Origin: the human T2T-CHM13v2.0 reference genome, Homo sapiens
Length of the DNA stretch: 64,000 nt
Strand: one strand, 5' to 3'
Assembly (NCBI RefSeq): GCF_009914755.1
Contig: NC_060930.1
Shown here: piece after piece, positions 45,101 to 59,163 of the stretch
Layout of the letters: the number at the start of each line of letters is the position of its first letter
Position numbering within the stretch: position 1 is the first letter of the stretch
Position numbers and translations under genes: made by a program
Notes under the pieces: generated by a model
Databases searched by the model: none
The model's input: only the letters and a program-made list of their open reading frames with translations
What the model was told of the DNA's origin: nothing

Positions 45101-48100
45101 AGGTGGAGTTGGTAGGCCTGACTGACCCGCTGTGGGTGGTATGGCCTGCAGTGGAGGTGGTGCTGGGTGTTGTGGGCTCAGGAGTCATCCTGTGCCTCAG
45201 AAAGGAGCTTGTGCCAAGTACTATGCCTGGGCTGGGTAGTGAAGCCAGCCCCTGCCCTCAGGGCACTATTTTAGGGAGGTAGGTCAATGGTCATGTAAAT
45301 CATTGTAACTCTGGGTAGGGAATGGGCACCTGTTTCTGCCTGAGAACACCAGGAAACATTTCTCAAACTGGTTATAGCAGTTGAGTTTTCCGGGTGCACC
45401 ATTGAGACCCGTGTTGAAGTCCTAGGCTTACTGTGCAGATTCCCTCCAGGTGAGGTAAGGATTAAACTGAGATACTTTATTGATCAGAGTATCTGGCACA
45501 TAGTACTTAAATAAATATTAGTGGTTAAACTTGTATTAAAATATGAAGTGTTGTATTCTTATTTCCTTTTAGTTTTAGTTTATAAATTTAAAGGCACTTG
45601 GAATGCACCAAGGGGAAGACAATATTGTTAAAAATACTTTATTTACCTCATACTCATTTGGATTATTGGCGTCAGATGAATTCTGGTATAGTTACAGTTA
45701 ATAGAGTCATTTGGCTCACTTCCCAAATTGAGGATTTTTAGGTGACAAGAGACTGGCCCTCATGACTTTGTCATATTTGAAATGTTACCTCTTTCTAACA
45801 TCTCTCAGTGTCATGATGTGAAGTGGGCCAGTGAATGCATGCTGGGAATGCCTTCTGTTCTTGGAAGTTGTAGCACTGATTTTAACAATTTTTTTCTGCA
45901 GCTGAAAACATTTTAACCTTTTCCTGTCGGTTTCTCATATGTGGGTAGTTAAAAACATTCATCTATCAATTCAGTTCCCAAATAAGACACTAGCCTAACA
46001 TCTTAAGGTAATGAAGAAAGAAAATACTTACCACAAGCTACTTAACTGTAGGTTTGATGTCTTGCCTTTAAGATGGAAATCCCATCTTCATTTTACTGCA
46101 TTGTCCTAATTTCTTCTGTTTGCTCATTGCCTTTTCAAGGGGTCCTTTGTGCTTCATTATCATTCTTTATGATGTTCCCAGCTGAATTTCCTCCATTTGC
46201 CCTAGGCTTTTCTTGTACTCTGGATCTCCCATTATTTTTATTGTCCACCAGCTGTTTCTGCATACTAATTAAAGGGGGACTGCTGCCTCCTGCTGCTCCC
46301 ACCATCATTCCGTAGCTGAGCAAGGTGCATGTCTACGGTGAATTCTGATTAGTTTTCACAGACATCCCCTAATCTCATAGAAGGCACTGTGTGGTCTGAT
46401 GTTCTCTCTCCCCTGAAAGAGGAAGTGTGTGTGTGTGTGTTTGTGTGACTACATGTGTGTGCATGCACCAACAAGGTATAACCCATGCTGATTTAAATGT
46501 TTTTCTCACATTATGGTGATTTACACTATTTAATTTGAATAAGCTTTATGCTTTCTAAATGTTAAAGTTATTTATCTGAATAACTGTTTTCAGCATCTTG
46601 GTATTTTCTTGATTTTGTGGCCTCTGAGCTTTTATTAATCAGCAAAGACCATGTTATTAGTGGGCCCATGATCAAAAGGATGCATTTAACTCCCAATAAT
46701 TTGTGAATATTCTTAGTTGACCAAGGCCTGATTATATCCCACAGTTGCTTCCAGGAGCCCAGTTTGCTCACTGATGACCATATCCACCTGAATCCCTCCC
46801 TAAAAACTGAAAAGATACTGGTGTCAGTACAGGATAGTGGAGTGGGGACATGATGAGGAAAATTTTGAGTGTGGCACCAAATGATTTTTAGACTGTTTAA
46901 GTAACTGCTTCTCAAACTTAGTACAAATAATTATAAACTATTTTAAAGTTGTTTTTTAATTTTCAGAACTTTAAGTGATTTGTTTATAATTAGGCGCAGT
47001 TGAAATTACATGGCTTTTGATGAAATGTGGTTTAAAGAGCTCTAGTCTAGATGTGAGAAGACTCTGTTCTGGTACAAATTTTGCTGCTTAAAAAGGTGAA
47101 GGACATTGAGGAAGTCTTTTCATTGCTCTGTGTCCTAGTTGGTATAACTGGAGATAATGGAGGAGATGCCCTTCTCATCTTGCATCGGGACAAAAATGAT
47201 AACATGTAAACATTCTTTAAAAACATCCAGGATGAATGTGATGTTTATAATGATGGTAATGATAACGAGTCTTTAATTGTCTTTTTTAAACACTGAAAAT
47301 TAAAAACACAATGACCTTCAAAATGAATTGAAGCAATCCCTTTTAAATAATGTGTTAAGCAAGCCAAATGTTGTAAGTAAAATTAGCAACTATTGAAAAC
47401 CCACTGGGAACTTGTGTTTACCAATTTTGCAAGGCTGAGAAGTTTTCATTTAGGTTAAGAATTTGTTTTTTCAACAATTCTGTGAATGCATAGCTTTGAT
47501 AGTAACTAGAAAAATTGATGGCTGTGAAATCCAGAACCCACCGTTAAGGGATCAATCACATGGGGAGAAGATGGAGTAGAGACAAAAGAGGGGCAGGTAT
47601 GTTGCAGATGGTGAGAGCAGAGAGCAATCACCTATGCTCATCACAAGGATGCTCTGTAGAGAAAAATCTTGGTGAGGCCTGGCAGAAAGTTCCTTACCTC
47701 AGGTTTTTGGGGGGGTATGAAAAAGTCTTCCTTAATCAATTGAAAACAGTGTCAGCCTTGCCACAAAGATTGCTGTCCCTAAGCAGGTGCTTCCTCTGTC
47801 TCATTCTAAAAAGGATTCTGAAGTCCCTCAGACTTACTTTGTGAATTGACTTCATGACAGCTCCATTAACCATGGTGGCTGGTTACAGAGAGATCACAAC
47901 TTTGTTGTTTGTGTGAAATGCCAGAAATTTCAAGAGGCTAATTTTAATATAGTAATAATAATAAAAAAAACACATGGAAAGAGAATATGGACTTGTTTAT
48001 AGTGCAGTGGTAAAAACAGAATTCAAGTTATGTTGCAGTGAAGGGACATGAGCTGTGTAGACTTTATTTAGAGGAATGTTCTGCTTTTATGGTGAAAATC

Positions 48101-51071
48101 TGGAAACTACCTAAATTCTCTTGAGTCACACATTGAATAAATAAATTATTATAGGCACATGCAGTATCACAGAATGCAAATCCCCTACCTACACATACAT
48201 AATTTTATATAAAGAAGACTATTTTTGTATGATCCTATATACATTGTTTTTAAACTTGTGGTAAAACACACATAAAATTTACCATTTTAAATATTTTACA
48301 ATGTATAATCAGTGACATTAAGTACACTCACATTGCACAACTGTCACCACCATCTATGGTGGGTACTTTTAGTTTCTTCATTTTTGCATGGTTTGAATCT
48401 TTTACAAGAATGTGTTGCTTTTACAGTAAACATTGAATAAGATTACAATCTAAGACTTTGCTCCTGCTCTGTGACACTGGACAAGTTATTAGTCACATAT
48501 GTGATACTAAAGGGGGTTAAAGGTAAAATAAGACTTCAGAAACCAAGTAATATGCTGTGTGTTGTTTTACGGATTAGAAAATGTATTGCTAGATACCAAA
48601 TGTGGTTTAGATTTGAAAGTATAAGTAAATATTCTGAGAGGAGTCTAAGGTACTAAGTAGAACAGACTTAAAATTTCGGAAAGCTGTACAGTTTATAAAA
48701 GTAATAAGACATAGCATTGGTTTTTAGTGGATGCGCTTTGTGATTCTCACTAAATGCATCCTGGGCACACTGGTGTTCTGTGAACTAGACTGACATGTGC
48801 TGTGGTAAAAAGCAATTGATAGTATTTTCTCAGTTTGCCAAAAAATCAACGGGATTTTCTCATGTTAAATTTTTTTTTCCATAAATTTGTCTGATTTTGT
48901 TAACTACTACTTAATAAAGTAAAAACAACTATAACGGAAAAACTGGAAATAGTTGCTTATATTCAGCTTGTCACCGTTTTTTTTCCTTTTATTTTGGTTG
49001 CAGTTTACATTGTTTTAGAGGACATGTGCTTCTATTTGAGTTTAAATTTTATAAACATTTAAAATTTGTACATATATAAGTATATATACATTTTATATAT
49101 ATAATTATATTTGCAGCTAATAAAGTGCTTCCTCAATTCATGTGATAGAATGAAACATGTCTAATTGATGACGATGTTTGCCCATCTCTAACTCTGTAGC
49201 TCATGAGTTAAATCACCACTGGCTTATATGTCATTATTATTGGACTTCCTTTACTGAAGTGTAGATACAAACAAAAAAGATATTCCTTAGTTGTGTTTTT
49301 AAACCTAGAATGCCTTGTCCCTTTAAAATATCACTTTATTTCTGGCTGATATTTATAATGTACTATACATCATGTAAATGGGGTATGGAATGAACTGGAA
49401 AACAAAGTAGCGCTTTAAGGAGGTCTAACTTTAAAGTGAATATTGCCATTTGAAAGGGTTAGAAATGAAAAAAAGTATTTTCATGTATGAGTCTTAATTC
49501 TTTGATAGTTGTCTCAGTTTAAAATTCTATATATTGTAAATTATAATCTATGTACATTGTTTTATTTCTTCACCTTTTAATTGTCCATAGTACTTGATAT
49601 AGATATGTATAATACATATCAATATATTTCTTTTAATGGTTGTGATAATGTGATATCACTGAAAATGACTTGAAAAATTTGCAGTTGAATAACTTTCAGA
49701 TTAACCTAATTTGGGCTTTACACACTCTTTTGTAAATTAAATAGCAAAAAATATTTTATCGTGACTATGTGTTAATAATTCTTTGTAATTGAAGCTTAAA
49801 CAGGGAAATAAAAGATACCAATTTCTCTAGTTGTACTTGGAAAAAGACAAGAACTCTCTAAGTTTCTGTGGATTGTGGTGGAAATATGAATGAGATGGTA
49901 GATCCTCCATTGAATTTGTCAGTATTTGAGTATCTACTTTGTGCAAGATACCCCATTCATTGTTGAAAAGGTTTTCAAAGATGACAGATTTCCCTTTGAT
50001 GAGAGTATGGTCTACCAAAGAGATATCAAATGAGACTGTAAATTGTTAAGATAGAAGGTTAATTAGGCTATAACTCTCAAGAGGCTGGAGTTGTGATGCT
50101 CTGAACTGTTAACTTGGTTGTGGTTACAGAAAACTGAACCTTGTGAGATGTTCCAGTCCTGGAGTGCTGTGCATGCAAACTCGACCTATAGCACTCCACT
50201 TCATCTCCTGCCCCCAGCCCTTATAAATGTTCACTAACATAAAAAGGGGATATAAAATAAACCGGTTTTGAATTCTTGAAATTACAGTTTTAAAAACTGT
50301 TTTTTAATTTGAATTTTTAAGTAGGAAGCTCTGTCAGAGTCCCTTTCCCTGTACATTGCAGTGGCTTGGTACAGCCATCACTAAAAGTGGCTGTGCTGGA
50401 ATAAATAAAGGACTTATTTTGGAGTTTTATGGATGCTTCCTGTAGAATCAGTTTAAGTATTGTATGTGTGTTTTGTTTTTTCTATCTAGTTTTCTTCCAT
50501 GTTGTGACTTCAAAACATAACATTTCAGATGTTTTAGATCATCAAAACTTATTTCCATGGTAGGTAAAAATGATATTATCTCCAAAACACACACACCCTC
50601 ACACATACATTTATGGAGAGGGATTATTAATAAGTGTGGTATCAAATTCCACCTTAGCCCCTTATCTCAAAAGTAGTTTTTACCTCATAAGGTTATGAGG
50701 ATTAAATGAGTTGATACATGTGAAGTACCCAGAACAGTGCCTGGCATATAGGAAGCACCATAAAAATCTATGATCTTATTAAAAAAAATTAGGGTGCAAA
50801 ATAATGTGAATAGTATGATACCATTGGTTAAAAAGGAGGTTTGGATATATACCTAGAAACCAGTGGATAAAGAATATTTCTGGGGGAATCAACAAAACTG
50901 GAAATGGTTTCTTTGGGAAAGGGGATCGGGGGTAGGTAGAAGGAGAACAAATGTTTTACCAACTTTTGAACTGTTCTTTTTTTTTAACCATATATCAATT
51001 TTTAAAATAATGCCATGTTTCAAGTAATTTAAGATATTCTACGTTAAGACGAGAATCTATATTCTTTTCAG

Positions 51072-51196
51072 ATGGCCCTGCTGTGGCACCAGTGACCAAC
51101 GGGAACACAACGGTGCCACCCCTGAACGATGATCTGGACATCTTTGGACCGATGATTTCTAATCCCTTACCTGCAACTGTCATGCCCCCAGCTCAG
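51072..51196 (+). CDS. SMAP1: SMAP1 coding exon (probably exon 8): (D)GPAVAPVTNGNTTVPPLNDDLDIFGPMISNPLPATVMPPAQ
   Basis: ttcttttcAG|at...cag|GTATGT; 125 nt, phase 1 to 0, continues the frame. Confidence 0.96.
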
Positions 51197-51322
51197 GTAT
51201 GTGATAAGAATATGGTTTTATATGGTCACTGCTTATTTCCTTTTTGAAAAGTTTCAAAATTTCAATTTTGGAAGAATTGTTTCTGAGCAGTAACTGATTT
51301 AAAAGTCTCCTGTTCTTTAGGC

Positions 51323-51513
51323 TAGAGTTTAGCAAACTAAGCCAGCAGCTTGTTTTTGCAAATAAAGTTTTATTGGCACACAGCCACTCCCACTGGTTTA
51401 GGTACTGTATGTGGCTGCTTTCCTGCTACAAAAGCAGAGTTAAATATTAAAAACAGAGAATGTATAGCCCACAAAACCTAAAATATTCACTGTCTTTAAA
51501 GTTCTAACCCTTG
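51323..51513 (-). mobile_element. MER58A
   Basis: aataaagttttattggcacacagcc...cctaaaatatt; flanked by ctttaggc / ctttaggg TSD. Confidence 0.8.
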
Positions 51514-52855
51514 CTTTAGGGAAACAACAGTATTTAGAATGAACAAGTGGAAAAACCCTGACTACCTCAACTTTCCTGAGATCAACAAGGTCACTTACTT
51601 CAGAGCTTTTAAAACTGTGGCTGTTTGTAAATATTGACTGCAGAAGTTCTAGCAAATTTAGTACTGTCTTTTTAAAATAAAGGCAAAATGAAGGTAAATT
51701 ATGTTTTAAGTTAGCCTTAAAATCTACCTTGCTTTTTTTTTTAAGTGATTTTTTAAAAATCTAGAACAGTAATAATAATGATCGGGATATTTTAATAAAA
51801 GTATTAATGGTGAAGAAATTTTGAATTGCCTTCTTAACATTACATGGAATTTTTGTAATGTGAACTGTATGAACTTTCAGGAAACAAACTACTCTTAAGC
51901 ATACAACATTAAGATTCTATCTTAAGTTTATACTTTACAAATAAACAAGCAGTTTGTGCAGCATAATTTTTGAGATAAAATATTTCCTTTTCCATAGAAA
52001 AACTGAGTCAAATCTGAATTGTTCTGGTAGACAGTTTTAATAAGAAAAAGTCAATGTCTTATAAGGCTAGGAACATATTTCTGTTGCACATATTTATTGT
52101 TATTATGATAGTCATTATATAGTTACCATTAGAATGGAACAAGTAGATTTCTTAGGAATGATTAAATGGATCTTTATCAAAATTGTCTGCAGCAGTAGTG
52201 TTTATTTTCAGCAAAATAGCTTATTTTATGGCTTTGCCCCTTCTTCCCCTCCTGTAACACACATAAAAAAGAGAATATTGTTACTGTTATTTCAATTAAG
52301 ATTAATTACCTTACAAATTGGTACAGGCATAGGTGTACATGTGACAAAATTGTCTAATATTGTGTCTTTGGAAAGAAGCATTTAGGATATTTGACAACCA
52401 GAATGTGAAAAGCCATTTATTTTTAGTCTAGCATTGTAGTGCGGCTGTTATACCTGCTAGACTTATTTAGCACTGTCACTGGGGTCTGACAGTTGCTTTG
52501 CAACTGCTTAAGAGAGTTAGATCCCACCTCTGAGGTTTCAGTGTACTTCACGTGTTCTGTTCTGTATTAAAGCAGCAAGTAGAACAATGCAGACTTCGTT
52601 TAATTCTTAAGCACAAGTAGTGCCATGACAAGGAGTGTAGCCTCTGGCTTTAAGAGGGGTGGCAGCTGGCCTTCAGACTTTAGGCATTCTGAGCATTACC
52701 TGGTAGGACATAGGGTTAATTTTTAAAATCATATCTAATACTTCTTTTGGAACACTGTTATGTTGAGCACTGGTTAGACTGTACAAGTTATGTTGAGCCC
52801 TGTAAAATATTTGGTGAACAGTAGTATCTTTCGTCTAAACTTCATGTAGAGATTA

Positions 52856-53275
<420 letters not shown>

Positions 53276-53582
53276 TTAATATGTGAAGTTGAGCTCAAAC
53301 TAGTTGTGGACACCAAGATTTTGAATTCTTCTGAACCCTGTATTCTTTCACTCCTTGTGTTATTTTCTGAGTATATACAAATTCTAGTACAATATTTTCT
53401 AACTTATGAATATGAAATAGATTGATTTTACCATCTGCCTTACCTGTCTGGGGTCTAGTCTTTCTTAAAGGGGTTAGTTAGAAATACTTAGCTGACAGGA
53501 GTGTACCTGTGTTTTGGGGGCTGGAGAGGAACAGTTCCAGAGTCTTCATTGTTGACATGGAGAAACCCCTTTCCTGTTCTTT

Positions 53583-53648
<66 letters not shown>
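53583..53648. repeat. (CATATA)11 hexanucleotide microsatellite
   Basis: Perfect run read directly. Confidence 0.97.
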
Positions 53649-53649
<1 letters not shown>

Positions 53650-55396
53650 CAACAGTACCTAGACATACACAAGGGCTAAGTCCTGTTTTTTCTTGGTTAA
53701 GCCCTTGGGTCCCAGAAGGCCAGAGAGCCTTCGATTAGATGCTCTGCAGCTTCCTGAAGTGTAAAATGAGAGGCAGAAGTTGTTTCCCTTTTATCCTGGG
53801 GTCGTAGTGCTGGCGAGTGGAGCACCAGAAAGTAAGTGGACATTTGAGTGCTTACTAGTCCTGCTGATTGGTTTGGCTGTTTTTAGACTGTGTCCTTGTT
53901 GAGGTAGATATTTCATATTATGATGTTTACAGTATGTGAATATTAGGCTGCTCTACTATGAGAGTGGAATCATAGCTTCCCAACATTTTGGGTTTTCTTA
54001 TAGTTGTCTCTTATCCACAGGGAATAGACCCCAGGGTTTTCAGCAGACTTTTAGGTTGAACAGATACTAAGTGTGATAAAAAGATCACTTAGTGATGTAG
54101 TTGCTTTGTTTTATAAACAATATTAACAATAAACACCAAGTACTTAATCCAACCATTGTGCAGAACACTTTTGTGATCATTAAGCTTATCCCAAGTTTAT
54201 AGGAGAGAGACTGAAAGGAGAAGTAAAGTAACATGTCTGAGTGTACCACAGAAAGTCATGGGGGCAGGCTCTAGTCCTGGCAGACAGGCTCCAGCCCATG
54301 CTCTTAGCTCTATGATCTGCTGCTGCTTCATTGGTAGCTTAGATATATTTTATTCAGGGGTATTGTGATATTTAGTATTCCATGATATCTAATTTCTTAC
54401 ATATTTGAATTTTTGGAAAATTAAGCGGCTTTTTGTCGCTTACAATTCTTGCTTAGTCATAAGATTCAAAATACTGTGTAGTTTATAAGTACAATGTTTG
54501 GATGGTAACTTATTGCATGGTGTTCTAGGAGGACATTAAATGTTTGAATTTAATTTCCACTTGCAACTCACCTTATTCTGTAGTTTGAGAAGGATCAGCC
54601 AGCTTTTACTAGTCTTCATAGAATTCTTTGAAACTCTCTTCATATTCAAAACAAGTCCATATAACATGTGAATGTGATTTAATGTTTAGTGACTACGGAG
54701 ATGATTAAGGTTAGCAGTTGTGATTGTATAATAGTGTGTGCAAGATATGAGATTGAGAATATTTTATATTAAATATCTACATGTTTATTTGTATTTGTGT
54801 TCATTTGCCCCCTTGTCCAAAAGTGAAGGGCAGGATATGTTCAGACAATAGATGGTCAAAGTTTTGCTGTACCTTCATTTCTGGATAGATTAGAAGCAGT
54901 CTAATATTGTAGTTAAAACTGATTAGATGTATAAAAATCCTATGATACAGGTTTTGAAAAGATAAAACCTTTTAAGTAGCCATTGCAAATCCTCTTACAG
55001 TCTGTTGTAGTTGTAGAAATGTTCTTTATTCCAAAGGATACCAGTTTCTTGAAGCAGTAGTTGCTATGGAGTGGTGGTCCTCTCATCTCTAACTATTGTT
55101 GAGCCCCAGGATTTGATGAGCAAAAACTTGGTGTCACCTTAGGTAGTAAATGCAACTTACTGTGAAAATGCTTCAGTCTACCTACATTAACAGATTCAAA
55201 TTAAGAAGTACTGTCTTGATTGTAGATGTTTTTATATGGGCTTGGGCTTGTAAGTGATCCTCTTGAATGGCACCATTTTACCTTCTACAATTGTTTGATT
55301 CCTATCTAATTTTATAACTTTATTTGGATTTTAAGTAATGGATAAGCTGCGCTTTACTATGCAGAATTTGATAGCTTATTTTGGTGTTTGTCTCAG

Positions 55397-55568
55397 GGGA
55401 CACCCTCTGCACCAGCAGCTGCAACCCTGTCTACAGTAACATCTGGGGATCTAGATTTATTCACTGAGCAAACTACAAAATCAGAAGAAGTGGCAAAGAA
55501 ACAACTTTCCAAAGACTCCATCTTATCTCTGTATGGCACAGGAACCATTCAACAGCAAAGTACTCCTG
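55397..55568 (+). CDS. SMAP1: SMAP1 coding exon (probably exon 9): GTPSAPAAATLSTVTSGDLDLFTEQTTKSEEVAKKQLSKDSILSLYGTGTIQQQSTP
   Basis: tctcAG|ggg...cctg|GTAATG; 172 nt, phase 0 to 1; SMAP-family LSKDSILSLY motif. Confidence 0.97.
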
Positions 55569-56459
55569 GTAATGAATTTTGATATCTGCTTTCAGTGACA
55601 TTACTAGAAGTACATCCTTTGTAATTATATAATAAGATCAATTATATATCTTTTATTGTTCCATGTAGTGAGTGCTTTTGTTGTTGCAGTTTATACAACT
55701 ATGAAGCCGAAATGAATGAGCATTAGAATTAAAAAATTAAGAGGCATGTACAGGATTCACAGAACTTTATTTGGAATTAACAAGCTGTTCATAGATCACT
55801 AAATGTTGTTTCACAAGCTTATAGAACATGGATTATCTTTGATGAATTATTGAAACGATTTGCATGAAGTTTATGACTGCGTACAGTGTATTTTCTCTGC
55901 AGGTAAACAGTCTTGAGTTACCACATGGATTAAAAAAAATCTATGAATTTTTTTGTAATCATAACAAAATATTAGCATAAGCCTTATTGTTTACAGAGTT
56001 TTAATCTTTCACACCATTTCCTTTAAAATAATGAGCTGCATTTCACATGTGAGCTAAAATTGTTGGGCAGCCCACTACACCTATTGAAGCGAGATATAGT
56101 CAGCTCTCACTTCCCTGTTTCGTACTGGGGGACCAGTGGTACAAATCAGCAATAAAACAGTGTATGATGTCATGCTACATAGTTTGGTCTTCACAGTGGA
56201 AGATATTTTGTGTGGCTGTTGCATATGATTTACATTTCTTAATTAAATTTACTCAGGTTAATAACTGATTTGTCTGCATCCTAGAAACAACCAGCTCTCA
56301 GGGTTTAGGTGTGGGTTGGTCTGAGTAGTAGGAGCAGCCAAACTGGAATTAAAATGTTTGCTGTGAGTAGTTCAGAAAGGCAATTTTTCTGTGATTATAG
56401 AGATGAGTGCAACTACACGTGATAGCTCTGTCTTCATTCATTTTCTTTTTGTGGTGCAG

Positions 56460-56767
56460 GTGTATTTATGGGACCCACAAATATACCATTTACCTCACAA
56501 GCACCAGCTGCATTTCAGGGCTTTCCATCGATGGGCGTGCCTGTGCCTGCAGCTCCTGGCCTTATAGGAAATGTGATGGGACAGAGTCCAAGCATGATGG
56601 TGGGCATGCCCATGCCCAATGGGTTTATGGGAAATGCACAAACTGGTGTGATGCCACTTCCTCAGAACGTTGTTGGCCCCCAAGGAGGAATGGTGGGACA
56701 AATGGGTGCACCCCAGAGTAAGTTTGGCCTGCCGCAAGCTCAGCAGCCCCAGTGGAGCCTCTCACAG
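56460..56767 (+). CDS. SMAP1: SMAP1 coding exon (probably exon 10): Met/Gly/Pro/Gln-rich region (G)VFMGPTNIPF...QQPQWSLSQ
   Basis: tgcAG|gt...cag|GTAGGG; 308 nt, phase 1 to 0. Confidence 0.97.
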
Positions 56768-56824
56768 GTAGGGGTCATTTACTTTCTAGCTTCTCCCAAA
56801 TCAAACCAGATTTATTTTCTAAAT

Positions 56825-56825
<1 letters not shown>

Positions 56826-56853
<28 letters not shown>
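56826..56853. repeat. Poly(T)28 tract
   Basis: Read directly, 58 nt after the exon donor. Confidence 0.95.
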
Positions 56854-56856
<3 letters not shown>

Positions 56857-57866
56857 TCTAGTGATCTGGCAGAAAGAATTCAATAGGGATAATATGTTAT
56901 AGGGTCAAAAGTATCTATAAATATTATGAAGTTGTATCAGATAGACAAATGATGTGTTATTATCGCTATTTTAGAGTATTCTGTAAAAAAAAGGTTAAAC
57001 ATCTTTCATTTCAAATTGTAATGTAACTGTAACGTGAACACCACTAATGGCCAGAAATTATCTCAGGCATCATGAGACTCCCTCTCTGTCACCTCTGAGA
57101 TTAGCACTAAGCTTTATCCAGCTTGCTGGTGGGACATTTTTACAGTCCACTTAGACAACTTAGCTTCACTAATAATTTTAGGATCTTTTATTAGAAAATA
57201 AAAATCTAGCCTCATATTCTCAAAGCACTATTTTATGAGGGATCTAAGGCTATTTTTCAGGTCGGATGATTACTGCCCCATGGCTCTGTAAAAATTCTTT
57301 TTGTTGAGAAACCTTTGTAAAGTTGTATTTTCTTTTTACATACCCTATAATGACTTTTATGTTTAAAAAGAGTACAAAAAGATTCAATTCCCATAAGGTG
57401 TGAACCAGACATCCCCTCATATTATAAAATCCTATTTCTACCTAAGTTAGAGCTGAGATAGAACATTTCTATTTCAGGTGCTGTGTTCTGACTTTTCTCT
57501 AGCTGCACAGACAAAGGCTCTTAGAGAGGTTCATGCTCCCACTCTTCTTCCTTTTACACTTCCCATTGATGTTCCTCCAGCATTTTGGCAATCTTGGTTT
57601 CTGTTTGGTCACTTGTTTTACCTTTAGAGCATTCAGGGAATAGTCTAGAGTGATTTCTAACATTAGCACAATCACTATATATCACAGTTAATTTTGCTAC
57701 CACCATTTACAAGAATATAGGTAAAACATTGGTCTCTACCCGCTGGGAATCTAAAAAATTGTATGTGCTAAGTGTCAGTCACATGGTCAACATGCTGAAG
57801 CACACCCAGCTCAGGTTAAGGTGCTAGATGAACCAGGAAGGAGTTAATACTGGCTCTTACTTCCAG

Positions 57867-57954
57867 ATAATGCAGAAGGGTGATGCTGTTCTCCAGCACT
57901 CCATCAGTGCAATCTACTGGCCAATGACAAGGTGGTTAAAATGTCCTTTAGTAG
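57867..57954 (+). CDS. SMAP1: SMAP1 alternative cassette exon: IMQKGDAVLQHSISAIYWPMTRWLKCPLV; shifts the last exon's frame to DESADGWHEYQ*
   Basis: ctcttacttccAG| ... gtag|GTATGA; 88 nt, open in phase 0; matches my recollection of an annotated SMAP1 isoform C-terminus (unverified). Confidence 0.75.
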
Positions 57955-58737
57955 GTATGAAGACGTGATCTGCTTCTTCAGACACTTATGCCTGATTAGT
58001 GATGTAGTTTATGTTAGTGTCTTTGAAACTGTAAATAAGTCAAGTCAAATGTATTAAATTAAGAACACAGTCTAACTCTGAGTGTAAGTTTTAAACCCAC
58101 TCACTATATGGTAAATCTTGCCTTTCCTTCTCTTATCACCAATTTTGGAAGTAAGAGAATCACAGGGTTAAGATGCTTATATATATATATATTTGACTCC
58201 AGTCTTGAAGAAAAATACATGTAATCTTATGCTTTATTGCATACAATGAAAATAAATTTTAGATGTTTATGTTGTTAGATCAGCGAGAGAAATAAATGCT
58301 TTATGACCACTTTAAAAATATTTAGGAAGTATATAAGATTTTAATAGAGAATAATATCTATCATACAAAGTTTATAGGATAATTTTAGACTATTTTACTT
58401 CCTAAAATTTTCTTACTCCTTAGTAGTTAAAGCACAATATCCTAGTGTAGGTGAAAGTTAGTTAGAGTAGCGGACTCATTAAAATCCCAAGATTGCTTTG
58501 GTATTTTTTTTTAAGTAAGTTGTGGTTAATCTTTGGGGAAACTGTATCTAGAAAGTAGATAAAGAAGGGAACAAAGTAGCTATTTGCTTTAAGAAATATT
58601 TGTATGGTACTCTGTTTTTATTCCAGTGCTTGGACTAGTTGTCACATTAATGAAAAAATGACCAACTGTGTGGCTAAAGAAACAAGAATTAAAAGTGAAG
58701 TAAGCCTCTTGAACTAAGCCTTTTATATGTTTCACAG

Positions 58738-58872
58738 ATGAATCAGCAGATGGCTGGCATGAGTATCAGTAGTGCAACCCCTACTGCAGGTTTTGGCCAG
58801 CCCTCCAGCACAACAGCAGGATGGTCTGGAAGCTCATCAGGTCAGACTCTCAGCACACAACTGTGGAAATGA
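58738..58872 (+). CDS. SMAP1: SMAP1 terminal coding exon: MNQQMAGMSISSATPTAGFGQPSSTTAGWSGSSSGQTLSTQLWK*
   Basis: tttcacAG|atg; TGA at 58870-58872; characteristic GQTLSTQLWK end. Confidence 0.97.
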   Translation: MNQQMAGMSISSATPTAGFGQPSSTTAGWSGSSSGQTLSTQLWK

Positions 58873-59157
58873 AAACTGCAATACAAGTTTCATCCAGAAC
58901 TACCACCTGACATTCCTTGCTGAAACGCATCTAGTTCCCCTGTTTATTCATATGCATATTTTTTTTCTTTTTACCCATTTGTTCATATTAAGAATGATCT
59001 GATTGACCGTGTTGGTCTGTACTGATTCAATTTGATGTGGTGAAAAGCAGGTTGATAAATCATTTTATGTCAAGGGCAGCTTTGCTCATATTTCCCATGA
59101 TTTCATGTACTGCATTATTTGAGAAGCTGCTCAACTTGCAAAATCAGTTTTCCTCTC

Positions 59158-59163
59158 AATAAA
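59158..59163 (+). terminator. Candidate proximal SMAP1 poly(A) signal AATAAA
   Basis: Hexamer ~285 nt after the stop, with tgttt downstream. Confidence 0.5.

Noticed and set aside
52420-52490. Possible cryptic exon encoding LLDLF (clathrin-box-like)
   Set aside because: Ends in a stop after a few codons, has no convincing donor, and the frame from the nearby AGs is not established.
53478-53672. MYMYMY ORF
   Set aside because: Translation of the (CATATA)n microsatellite.
56407-56902. Alternative-frame, antisense and read-through ORFs over the SMAP1 exon
   Set aside because: Shadows of a GC-richer low-complexity coding exon; the poly-Phe tail is the intronic T28.
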